Positions 1-8,767 of a DNA stretch of 64,000 nucleotides are shown here, in pieces; position 1 is the stretch's first letter, and each line of letters opens with the position of its first letter. The position numbers were made by a program, and so were the translations under genes. Origin of the DNA: a virus. The notes beneath the pieces were generated by a model. That model did not search any database. It was not told the DNA's origin and saw only the letters and a program-made list of their open reading frames with translations. The stretch covers positions 32,001 to 96,000 of IMG/VR virus record IMGVR_UViG_3300035670_000075; one strand, 5' to 3'.

Positions 1-3000
1 CGATAGTCGAGAACGGGCCTTCTTTGGCGGGGGAGTGCGGGAACAGTCTGTCAACCCATGCGAACACGTCAACAATGGCTGTCCACAGGTTTTGTGCTGC
101 GCTGGTGACGCCAGCGGAGAAGGTTTCGATGAGCGAGGCACCGAATGCGCTGTAATCAAAATTCATTGCTGAGTACAGCACACCGCCAATAATCAGCATT
201 GATTTTTTGATAGCAGCAGCAACCGCAATTTCAACCACGCTCAGTATGGCGAAACTTTGCTGTATCGCCATTGCCGTCGCCTGTTTGCCATACGCAGACA
301 GCGCTTTCAGTAGCAATTGCGCGCCAGGAATCGACAATCCAGCAGAGATCAGATTAACCACCCGATACCCAAGTGCCGCCCAGTCGATTTCCTTAACCCG
401 CTTGGTGAGGTCGGTGAAGATGCCAAGCAGCGCATCACCGAGCACACTGAAACGGAATTCGCCCTTGAACAGCGTATTGATTGCCGCCGCGACAGTGCCG
501 ATTAAGCGCCCGGCGATAACCAACAGGTGAACCAACGCACCCAAACCGCCAGCCATGAGTTGCATGGCGTGGGCGGCGAAGCGGAATGCTTCGGCAAGAC
601 CTTTGCCGAGCAGCATACCAACACCCTCTCCGGCGCTGGCAAGTCCGACGAGTTCGACTTGCGCCGCGCCTGCGGTATCCATCATCAGCAGTAAACCGGC
701 GACGGTTGGCGCAACGGCAACAGCCAGCGGCTTGAAGGCTTCGACGAGCGGCTTCATGGATTGCGCCATGTTGTTCAGAAAGTCGGTATCGTGAAAGGCC
801 GAGAAAACCCCGCTTAGATGGTCGCCAAACACGCGCAATTCTGCGCTGACAATTTTCAGCGACGGCAACATGCCCTGCATCAGTCCGGTGAAGAACGGCT
901 CAACTGCAATCCAAGCGCGGGCGAAACCCTCGCCAGCCGCGCGACCGAATGAGGCAAAATAACCAATCGCCACGCCCATTACGTCGATGGTAGCGACCAG
1001 CAGTTTCGTCCAGCCGTCAAGCGCTGCCATGAGCACGCCGCCGATGATTTTGCCGAGGAAGTGGGCGGAACCGGCGAAGAATACCAGGGTGCTGCGGCTG
1101 TCTTGGCTGGCAGCATCAAGCCCTAACAGCATGGACACAAAGCGCTGCACGGCGGCGATGACGGGGGCAAGCGCAGTGGTGATCGGCTCGAAGGCGGCGG
1201 CTAGAGCGCCTTGGATGGTCAGTAGAGCATCACCAAGCGGGCTGAGTGCGTCGAGCAAACCTTTGCCGAAGTAGATTGCCATGTATTTGCCGACTTCAGC
1301 GGCAAAGGCAATCACGTTGCGCAGCGGGCGTGTCAGCAGTTCTACATAACCAGCGGCAACCGCCGCAACTTCACCCATAAACTTGAATGCATTGGTCAGG
1401 CGGATGATTCCGTTTGTACCTGACTGCGTAAGGAATCTGAGCGCAGGAGAAAGCCCTGAGTAAATCGTCAACTGAAGCTCTGACAATGCTGATTTATACA
1501 ACCGCACATCGCCAGCCAGGTTTTCCAGGCGGGTTTTCGCCATCATTTCAGAGGTTTGGCTGTCAACATTCTTCAGGCTGTCGGCGTAACTCCCCATTTC
1601 CTTAGTCGCGCTACCAGTGGCTTTAACCAGCACATCCATTACGGTTAGCGCGTTCATACCGAAAATGCGCTTGTAAATACCTGCTCTATCAGCCTCATCC
1701 AAGTGCGCTGTGCGCTCTCTGATCTCCGTGAGGAGTTCGGTCATGGACTTCATGCCGCCCGTGGAGTTCTTGGCGCTGACACCGATTGCGCTTAATGCGC
1801 CGCCAACATCGTCAGCCAAGGCTTCGAGGTCGCCGATGTCGTCACCGGCTTCAATCATTTGGTTGGCAAATTTCTGAAAATCTTTATCGGCAATCTTGGT
1901 CGGTGCTGCCAGGCGCAGTAATGCTTGGCGTAAGGCTGTGCCTGACATGGAGCCTTTCAGTGCGGCGTCGCCAGCCAAGCCGATTGCGGCTGACATTTCT
2001 TCAAACGACATACCCAGTGATTCTGAAATTGGCGCGACGTACTTGGCTGATTCGTAGAACTGTTCGAGATTGACGTTACTGGTGCTCATCACTTTGGCGA
2101 ATACATCGACCATGTGCGGCAGTTCGTCAACGCTCTTGCCGAAGCCTGTCATCAGGTCTGATACGATGTCTGATGTCCGCGCCAACTCAGTGCCACCGGC
2201 AGCGGCGAGATTCAGCACCTCGCCTGTAGATTTCATGATTTGCTGCGTGCTGAAGCCGGCCATCCCAAGGTAATATTGCGCGTCTGCCGCTTCTTTAGCG
2301 GTAAATGCGGTTGCTTGCCCCAGGCTGCGTGCCTGGTCTTCCAGTAGCTTAAGCTCTTTGCGTCCGTCTCCGGTATTGATGTTGATACCTTTGACGGCGG
2401 CGACACTGGCAATCGCTTCCTCGAACGCCATGCCAGTATTGACAATGGCATCGAAGCTCTTGGTGAGCGTGCGAAAACCAACCACAGCCGCCGCGACCGC
2501 ACCGCCGACCAAGGCTGTTTTGGCAATCAGGCGACCCAAAGAGGCTTCGCCAACCTTGGCGCTGCCGGACATGTCTTTGATGTCGGCGTTAAATTCTTTG
2601 ATGTGTTTGCCGGATGTTTGATAGGCGGATGCCGCGCCGGACTTGAACGAACCCCAAAAACCTGCGAGTTGCGCCGGGGCTGATTTTAGGAATGAAGCAA
2701 AGCTTGAGAATGCGTCTTTGAAGGAGAAATTTTTGATGAAATTCGCAATGCCGCTACCAGCGCTGCGGAGCATAGTGACGAAGTTGGCGACTGTCAGTTG
2801 GCTGCGATCAAAGTTCTGCGCCATCGTCCACGCGGCGACGCTGGTGGCAATGATTTTGGCTTGGACGAACGAGGCGATACGCGCCAGCCTGTCTAAGCTG
2901 ACGTATGAAATTACTAAAATATTGTTCAAGCCGGAGAGCGTTTGCATGATCACACTGACTTTGGTAAACGTGTTCATGCTTTGCGCCAACCCGTAAGTGG

Positions 3001-3700
3001 CAACGGCAAGCTTAGCAATCTCCTCACGGTTGCGAACTGCACTAACCGCCATGCTTGCCAACATTAAACTGTGACCACTGCTGGCGGCGGTCGCCTCGCG
3101 GGTGGCTGCGGTGTTTTCTTTTAACGCTTGGGTATCTGCTTGCGTGTTCGCGGCAACAGGCGCAGGTAGAGCCGCAATTTTTTCTCTCTCGGCACGAAGT
3201 TCTTGGAAAGACTTGATGAGTTCTTCATTCGCCTGCTTCAGTTTTTGCGTAGAAGTCAATGCGTCGTCGAGTGCTTTGACGCCGTCTCCATCGACAGACA
3301 CGGTGATTTTTTGATTGATTACCGCCGTCCCGCCAATCCCTGCTGCCTTTTTGCCGGTCTTGTCCAGTTCTTTGTTGAGTTCACGCACTTGCTTGGTGAT
3401 GTTGCCGATAGCGGACGCGGATTGGTTTAGGCTTTTCGCGTCTAGTGCGCCACTGACTTTGACGGCATTCTTCTGGAACTGCTCGAACTCGCGTGCGGTT
3501 TTGGCAAGCTCGGCAAATTGCGCCAAGCCCTCCATGCTTTTCGCCATGCGCTCGGCGTCTTGCATCATCCTCCGCGTGGACTTGTCGAACCGCTCGGCAG
3601 TACGCTCGGCGGCTTCGCCAAGCTTGTCAACTTTCTTGCCAGCGCGATCAATGTCGCTTTCGTTGACGCCAATTTTGTATTCCAAGTCGTGTTCTTGCAT
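1..3700 (-). CDS. Tail tape measure protein, TP901-type core; 3' end runs off the window (>1230 aa)
   Basis: Absent from the ORF track, presumably because no stop falls in the window. Starts MQEHDLEYKIGVNESD at 3700; contains ATAFTAKEAADAQYYLGMAGF...LKGSMSGTALR; in-frame LFPHSPAKEGPFS at the left edge. Confidence 0.9.
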   Translation of the reverse strand, partial: MQEHDLEYKIGVNESDIDRAGKKVDKLGEAAERTAERFDKSTRRMMQDAERMAKSMEGLAQFAELAKTAREFEQFQKNAVKVSGALDAKSLNQSASAIGNITKQVRELNKELDKTGKKAAGIGGTAVINQKITVSVDGDGVKALDDALTSTQKLKQANEELIKSFQELRAEREKIAALPAPVAANTQADTQALKENTAATREATAASSGHSLMLASMAVSAVRNREEIAKLAVATYGLAQSMNTFTKVSVIMQTLSGLNNILVISYVSLDRLARIASFVQAKIIATSVAAWTMAQNFDRSQLTVANFVTMLRSAGSGIANFIKNFSFKDAFSSFASFLKSAPAQLAGFWGSFKSGAASAYQTSGKHIKEFNADIKDMSGSAKVGEASLGRLIAKTALVGGAVAAAVVGFRTLTKSFDAIVNTGMAFEEAIASVAAVKGININTGDGRKELKLLEDQARSLGQATAFTAKEAADAQYYLGMAGFSTQQIMKSTGEVLNLAAAGGTELARTSDIVSDLMTGFGKSVDELPHMVDVFAKVMSTSNVNLEQFYESAKYVAPISESLGMSFEEMSAAIGLAGDAALKGSMSGTALRQALLRLAAPTKIADKDFQKFANQMIEAGDDIGDLEALADDVGGALSAIGVSAKNSTGGMKSMTELLTEIRERTAHLDEADRAGIYKRIFGMNALTVMDVLVKATGSATKEMGSYADSLKNVDSQTSEMMAKTRLENLAGDVRLYKSALSELQLTIYSGLSPALRFLTQSGTNGIIRLTNAFKFMGEVAAVAAGYVELLTRPLRNVIAFAAEVGKYMAIYFGKGLLDALSPLGDALLTIQGALAAAFEPITTALAPVIAAVQRFVSMLLGLDAASQDSRSTLVFFAGSAHFLGKIIGGVLMAALDGWTKLLVATIDVMGVAIGYFASFGRAAGEGFARAWIAVEPFFTGLMQGMLPSLKIVSAELRVFGDHLSGVFSAFHDTDFLNNMAQSMKPLVEAFKPLAVAVAPTVAGLLLMMDTAGAAQVELVGLASAGEGVGMLLGKGLAEAFRFAAHAMQLMAGGLGALVHLLVIAGRLIGTVAAAINTLFKGEFRFSVLGDALLGIFTDLTKRVKEIDWAALGYRVVNLISAGLSIPGAQLLLKALSAYGKQATAMAIQQSFAILSVVEIAVAAAIKKSMLIIGGVLYSAMNFDYSAFGASLIETFSAGVTSAAQNLWTAIVDVFAWVDRLFPHSPAKEGPFSTI

Positions 3701-3838
3701 ACTAAAAGCCTAGTGTTTATGCGGTTCGATTGGGTATTATAGCATTGGTTTACTGTGTGTTGACAAATTTGTTAGCGGCGTTTATTATGCTTGTCGCTGT
3801 TTGTGTTAACTTAAATCGCCTAGCAATTAACGATCATC

Positions 3839-4087
3839 GTGGAGATTACAATGTTTAATCGCTTTAATCTTGATTACAGAAAACCCGCCAATAAAGGCGG
3901 GGAAAAACGAGAGCCGGTGATGAATTTAGCTGAACTAGCAAGGGTGACAGGTAAAAGTCGTTCAGTTTTAGAACTACGCTTGAAAAAAGCAAACCCGCCA
4001 TTAGAGGTGAAACTAATATTGAAAGGTAAAAAATATTACAGTCGTGAAGAGATGTTAAAATTGGGCAGTAGTATTGGAGTCGAGTAG
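3839..4087 (+). CDS. Small HTH DNA-binding protein
   Basis: MNLAELARVTGKSRSVL resembles an HTH; divergent from the tape measure gene. Confidence 0.5.
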   Translation: MEITMFNRFNLDYRKPANKGGEKREPVMNLAELARVTGKSRSVLELRLKKANPPLEVKLILKGKKYYSREEMLKLGSSIGVE

Positions 4088-4120
4088 TGTGTTTTCCGGA
4101 TCAATAAGGAAATTAATAGA

Positions 4121-4321
4121 ATGGACAAGCCAAGCCCAATCAAAGCAGAGTTAAGCGCCAGACTGATTCCAATTGCGCCGCAAGGTTTTCGACTGTTAAA
4201 GACAAAGGACAGGACACAGAACGGCGATTATTTTTATGTCCACGGGCATTGGCATCCGGTGTTCAAGGCGGGCGTGGAGATGGATGCTCGGTGTACGCAA
4301 CATTGTAGACCAGGTGGTTAG
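4121..4321 (+). CDS. Hypothetical phage protein
   Basis: ORF with AAGGA RBS in a tight operon. Confidence 0.5.
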   Translation: MDKPSPIKAELSARLIPIAPQGFRLLKTKDRTQNGDYFYVHGHWHPVFKAGVEMDARCTQHCRPGG

Positions 4322-4322
4322 T

Positions 4323-4769
4323 GTGACTGATAAAAAACAAAACCAGTTGAATCAAATCAAAGAGTTCATCAACTCTCAAACCTTCAGCGAAATAGCGCCG
4401 CTGGTTGCGCACGCGATTAATCTCGGCTACCTCAGTTTTGATGGACTTGCGTATCCTGATGAAATCTCAAAAGCGCTGCGCAGAATGCGCAAGGTTGCGA
4501 AGCGTGAGACGCATAAGATTGTCAAAGCTTGCAATGCGGCAATCTCGTCTGGTTTCGTGTCGTTTGACGGTATCGTGACAAAAGATAATGTCGAGTTATT
4601 TTTTAAGTCTGCGCTTAAGCAGTTGGGAGATGGCTCTGGCGGCGGCATGGGTAGAATTGCCAATATGCTCTTAAGCAGTGGCTACAATTCTGAATTCAAG
4701 CCAATCAGTGATGAGTTTATTCTTAAGGTCAAGAAGAAGCTGATTGAAATGATGTTGAGTAATGGGTGA
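4323..4769 (+). CDS. Hypothetical protein
   Basis: GTG start just after the previous stop; operon context. Confidence 0.5.
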   Translation: MTDKKQNQLNQIKEFINSQTFSEIAPLVAHAINLGYLSFDGLAYPDEISKALRRMRKVAKRETHKIVKACNAAISSGFVSFDGIVTKDNVELFFKSALKQLGDGSGGGMGRIANMLLSSGYNSEFKPISDEFILKVKKKLIEMMLSNG

Positions 4770-4782
4770 TTGAGAGGCAGCT

Positions 4783-5688
4783 ATGAACCAGGTCTTATTT
4801 GGCGACTGCCGCGACAGCATGAGAAAGCTTATTGCTGACGGCGTGAAGGTGCAGACGTGCATTACGTCGCCACCTTATTATGGCTTACGTGACTATGGGC
4901 ATGAAGGGCAAATTGGACTGGAAGAAAAACCAAGCGAGTATGTTGGTAAGTTGGTGGAAGTGTTCTCGCTGGTGTGGGATTTGTTGGTTGATGATGGGGT
5001 GATGTGGGTTAATCTTGGGGATAGCTACGGAGGAGATAGAGGGAATGTCAGCCACGCTCCTGATAACAAACACAAACATAATGCTGCCGATACTCCGGGT
5101 AAATCGAAAAGTGGTACGTTAAGAAAACAGCTTCTTGGCATCCCGTGGCGCGTAGCATTCGCATTGCAAGATGCTGGCTGGTATTTGCGTCAAGACATCA
5201 TCTGGAGCAAGCCTAATGCAATGCCGGAAAGCGTTACTGATCGCTGTACGAAATCTCATGAGTATGTTTTCTTACTAGCCAAGCAAGAACGGTATTATTT
5301 TGATAACGAGGCGATAAAAGAGAAAGCTAATCCAGATAGTTCTATTCGCGACAGAGATGCGACCAGACTTAACAACACGCCAGGCAGAACAAAAATGGGT
5401 GGACTCAAGAAAAACGATTACGAAATGAGAAATAAGCGCAGCGTATGGACAGTGCCAACCAAGCCATACAGCGGCGCGCACTTCGCAGTATTCCCGCCAG
5501 CGCTTATCGAACCTATGGTGTTGGCGAGTACGCGCGCTGGTGATATTGTGCTTGACCCGTTTTTAGGTAGCGGCACGACCGCGCAAGTGGCGCAAGACTT
5601 GGGGCGCAACTGGATAGGCTGCGAACTTAACCCGGATTACGCGCAACTGCAACAGCAGCGCACAGCGCAGCAGGCGTTGTGCTTGTGA
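4783..5688 (+). CDS. DNA methyltransferase, N4C/N6A beta class
   Basis: TSPPY catalytic motif, HFAVFP, VLDPFLGSGTT SAM-binding motif, IGCELN. Confidence 0.93.
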   Translation: MNQVLFGDCRDSMRKLIADGVKVQTCITSPPYYGLRDYGHEGQIGLEEKPSEYVGKLVEVFSLVWDLLVDDGVMWVNLGDSYGGDRGNVSHAPDNKHKHNAADTPGKSKSGTLRKQLLGIPWRVAFALQDAGWYLRQDIIWSKPNAMPESVTDRCTKSHEYVFLLAKQERYYFDNEAIKEKANPDSSIRDRDATRLNNTPGRTKMGGLKKNDYEMRNKRSVWTVPTKPYSGAHFAVFPPALIEPMVLASTRAGDIVLDPFLGSGTTAQVAQDLGRNWIGCELNPDYAQLQQQRTAQQALCL

Positions 5689-5707
5689 TGGTAGAGGATT
5701 AATAGCT

Positions 5708-6256
5708 ATGCAACAGGCAAAAAACATAGAAGGCTATTCTGGTGATGCAGGATGGTTTTGCGACATGTCATTGGATGCGCAAATTATTAAAAAATTTGGC
5801 GTTCTCGACCCTGGGTTGACACTGATGTATTTGATTCGCAGATTCGGCTTCCCGCTGCATGGCTGCGACGAATACAAAGAAATTGCGCAATGGCTAATAA
5901 CAACCGCGCACGACGGAATTATATTGGGTGTGTCACCTAAGCCGCATAGAGTTTATTTTCATTACTTGGCATCTAAGCAGTTAATAAGCAGTTTATACTC
6001 CTCAGACGAGGCAGAAAAAACAAAAACTCAGGAATTTGTTTTGCTTCATTTGATTAATGCTGTCGAAGATATGATTAACAAACCAATCTCTGTCAGAGAC
6101 ACTTGGTTTAACCCAATTGCAACTGGCGATCATCTACTTGATGGACACATCCCTGAAGATGATGACGATGACTTTATCAATGTCGCTGAGCGTCACGTAT
6201 CCAGTGGATATGGACTTTTGTTCTGGAATGAAAAAGGCTTCGACATTGATTTGTAA
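5708..6256 (+). CDS. Hypothetical protein
   Basis: 182-aa ORF with GAGG RBS. Confidence 0.6.
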   Translation: MQQAKNIEGYSGDAGWFCDMSLDAQIIKKFGVLDPGLTLMYLIRRFGFPLHGCDEYKEIAQWLITTAHDGIILGVSPKPHRVYFHYLASKQLISSLYSSDEAEKTKTQEFVLLHLINAVEDMINKPISVRDTWFNPIATGDHLLDGHIPEDDDDDFINVAERHVSSGYGLLFWNEKGFDIDL

Positions 6257-6443
6257 ATGCTGCGGTAAAGAATTTCCGCAAACCAGCACGCCAAAAATAT
6301 ACTGCTCGCGGGCTTGCGCGATACGAAAGGTAGGGATGCCACAAATTATTGGCAAGGAGAAAAGAAAAAAGCTGCGTAAACAGGGTGTGTGGTATACTGA
6401 AAAACAAGTTCCTTTAGGGGACTTGGTTGATTACAATGAATAA
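6228..6443 (+). CDS. Small zinc-finger protein
   Basis: CKCCGKEF...YCSRAC motif. Confidence 0.45.
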   Translation: MKKASTLICKCCGKEFPQTSTPKIYCSRACAIRKVGMPQIIGKEKRKKLRKQGVWYTEKQVPLGDLVDYNE

Positions 6444-6502
6444 ACAGAATCTCGTTGGCATCCGTTTCCAGGTATCGGTAAAACCTGGATGATTTTAGAG
6501 TG

Positions 6503-6569
6503 TATTTACAAATCCATATTGTCGCGCGCTTCGACAAGCTCAGCGAGCGGCAATATGGATTTGTAAATA
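6503..6569. repeat. Long hairpin (perfect 19-bp arms) with REP-like CTTCGACAAGCTCAG core, directly upstream of tmRNA
   Basis: TATTTACAAATCCATATTG (6503-6521) / CAATATGGATTTGTAAATA (6551-6569). Confidence 0.8.
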
Positions 6570-6577
6570 GATTTTAC

Positions 6578-6914
6578 GGGGACGACAAGGCTTCGACAGT
6601 GTGAGTGAGGTATGTCGTGCAGGTAGGTGAGAGTGTCACCTTAAAAAAACTCAAACCAGCAATCGCAAACGACGAACGCTACGCCGTAGCTGCTTAAGCT
6701 ACGCTGCATCGCGGCGGTGCTTGTATACCGCGAATCGCAGTCATTTACAAGATCGTCATGCCTGATGTCTGCGACGGCTTGATTAAATCGGCGGACTCTC
6801 CGCGCCTAAGCCTTTCGCTCGGCGTCGTCGCGGTAACCCAATAGAGCGAATAAACCTGTAGATCGGCATGGTGAAACATGCTGGACGTGGGTTCGATTCC
6901 CACCGTCTCCACCA
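6578..6914 (+). ncRNA. ssrA: tmRNA (transfer-messenger RNA), tag ANDERYAVAA
   Basis: Acceptor stem GGGGACG/CGTCTCC-ACCA with G3:U70; TTCGAC near the 5' end; T-arm GTGGGTTCGATTCCCAC; tag ORF gca aac gac gaa cgc tac gcc gta gct gct taa at 6665-6697. Confidence 0.95.
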
Positions 6915-6938
6915 TGTTTATTTTTAACCCATATAAAA

Positions 6939-7133
6939 ATGCCTGAAGAAAAAGATAGGTACTGTTCGTTTTGTGGACAGCCTAGCGACATCGTGGATTT
7001 GCTTATCGCCGCGCCTGGAGAGCAGGCGTTTATCTGCAATGAGTGCGTGGTGTCATGTGTTGACCTAATCAATAAAGTTTACATCGAGAGACGCAATGGG
7101 AAACAGAACAAACGCAAAGAAGTTCAGAGCTAA
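6939..7133 (+). CDS. Stand-alone ClpX C4-type zinc-binding-domain protein
   Basis: YCSFCGQPSDIVDLLIAAPGEQAFICNECVVSCVDLI matches the ClpX N-terminal domain pattern (CSFCG..LIAGP..ICxECV..C..II). Confidence 0.88.
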   Translation: MPEEKDRYCSFCGQPSDIVDLLIAAPGEQAFICNECVVSCVDLINKVYIERRNGKQNKRKEVQS

Positions 7134-7419
7134 TCTACGCCAACGCACGACTGAAGCACTCCTCCAACATTCAAAGCAGATGCTCGCGGGAGTAGCCGCC
7201 GAAACCAAAGAAGATGCGGCTATCAATACGCCGGTCGATACTGGTGAACTGCAAGAAGGATGGGATACTGAAGCTTCTGACAATGGGCTTACGCAGTCAA
7301 TTTTTAATGACACCCCGTATGCGAACGAGCGTGAGTTTGCGCCTGGCGGTGGCATGTTGCGCATGGCGACGTTGCCCGGCGTAATGGAAGATCGCGGAAA
7401 GAGGCACTGGAACAAATGA
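7096..7419 (+). CDS. HK97 gp10-like tail/neck component
   Basis: TPVDTGELQEGW and NDTPYA..EF motifs. Confidence 0.7.
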   Translation: MGNRTNAKKFRANLRQRTTEALLQHSKQMLAGVAAETKEDAAINTPVDTGELQEGWDTEASDNGLTQSIFNDTPYANEREFAPGGGMLRMATLPGVMEDRGKRHWNK

Positions 7420-7811
7420 ACACTTGTGTCAGTATCAATCTCATTGCCGCAGTAGGTAAGAGCGGACAAATTGGGCTTGACGGCGTGCTGCCTTGGTATG
7501 AACCGCGCGACTTGGCGTGGTTTCGCTGTATGACAATGAATAATATCGTTGTTGTTGGTTGGAGAACGGCGCAGAAGCTACCGTCGTTACCTGGGCGAGA
7601 GTTGATTGTATTTCAGCGTGGCGGGATGTCGATTGATGATATTATCCGGCACGCTAACGCCGCCAACAAAGATATTTTTGTGTGCGGTGGCGCTGCAACC
7701 TACAATGCTTGGATGAGTAAGATAGACAGGTTTTATATCAGCCGTATTGATTACGATGGTGAGGCTGACACATTTATGGACGTATCAATATCATGTCGTA
7801 CAGCCAGTTAA
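7416..7811 (+). CDS. folA: Dihydrofolate reductase (short form)
   Basis: IAAV..GQIG..G.LPW...DLAWFR..T...VVVG.RT...LPGR; VCGGAATY; ADTF. Confidence 0.88.
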   Translation: MNTCVSINLIAAVGKSGQIGLDGVLPWYEPRDLAWFRCMTMNNIVVVGWRTAQKLPSLPGRELIVFQRGGMSIDDIIRHANAANKDIFVCGGAATYNAWMSKIDRFYISRIDYDGEADTFMDVSISCRTAS

Positions 7812-8227
7812 AAAGAATAGCCGCTAAAGCGGTCAAAGTCGGACAGCAGTGGACTGATCCTGAAAAGCAATCTATCACCTTCATCCACACGCCGGTTGCC
7901 ACGCAAGCGGCGTATCGCCCAGGTCAGCGCTACACGCAACCTTCAGTGACTCCAACAGAATACCCTGAAGCCACTGGCTTTCTTGTGCGTGCTGAATTCA
8001 AGGAATCAGAGAACGGACATGATGTAATCGTCCACGGCTGGATGTTTACCAAAGAGATTGATAAGTTAGGTGACGTGATAGCCGAGATTGTCAGTTCGCA
8101 AGCAGGCATCGAGAAGCTGTGCCAAGGCGGTTCCGAGTGGACGGTGCAGACTGCTTACGGTTTATGCAAAGTGCGCGCCGTGGTGATGAATAACCCAATG
8201 GTTGTTTTTGAGTTGCGGGGTGTTTGA
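7793..8227 (+). CDS. Putative head-closure/neck protein
   Basis: Size and N-terminus (MSYSQLKRIAAKAV) resemble head-tail joining proteins; near the gp10-like gene. Confidence 0.4.
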   Translation: MSYSQLKRIAAKAVKVGQQWTDPEKQSITFIHTPVATQAAYRPGQRYTQPSVTPTEYPEATGFLVRAEFKESENGHDVIVHGWMFTKEIDKLGDVIAEIVSSQAGIEKLCQGGSEWTVQTAYGLCKVRAVVMNNPMVVFELRGV

Positions 8228-8378
8228 TGATGAAAGCATCAAGTTTATTACTGGCGTGCATGATTGGATTAGCGCCCATTGTCGGTGAGCGACAGAAGAA
8301 GGTGATAGGAAAGCATCATCGCGCAAGCAAGGATGTTAAGGCACGCCGTAAGCGGAGTAGACGTAGATAGTTTTAACC

Positions 8379-8429
8379 CACACAAAAAAGCCCGCCATGC
8401 GTTTATTGCGTGGCGGGCTTTTTTGTGTG
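8379..8429. terminator. Bidirectional rho-independent terminator
   Basis: CACACAAAAAAGCCCGCCATGC...GCGTGGCGGGCTTTTTTGTGTG between convergent operons. Confidence 0.9.
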
Positions 8430-8435
8430 TCACGA

Positions 8436-8744
8436 TCATCTATTGTAAGTATAAATAACCTTATCGCCTTGCATTACAATATCGGCTGACGCCAATGTGT
8501 TCATTGCGAACCCGCAATTACAGCAATATATTGCGGGTTTATAAAAGCCTTCTCCGCTAATATTCCAACCAATGTATTCACCAGGATTTCCGCATGAGCA
8601 GCACTTCCTTATGACCAATGGGATATTACGAAAGTCCAAACTTGCATCCAAATCAAAAACAGTAGGCTCATTTGATTCATGGCTACCAATTAAGCCTCTC
8701 AAAATTGATTCTGCTTGTTCTGCGCTTTTTATTTCATGTAGCAT
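8436..8744 (-). CDS. Hypothetical protein with two CxxC-like motifs
   Basis: CCSCG...CCNCG; GAGG RBS. Confidence 0.55.
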   Translation of the reverse strand: MLHEIKSAEQAESILRGLIGSHESNEPTVFDLDASLDFRNIPLVIRKCCSCGNPGEYIGWNISGEGFYKPAIYCCNCGFAMNTLASADIVMQGDKVIYTYNR

Positions 8745-8767
8745 ACCGACCTCTAATGTTGATTTTT

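Noticed and set aside
207-3742. Many plus-strand ORFs in the ORF track
   Set aside because: Shadows of the minus-strand tape measure gene
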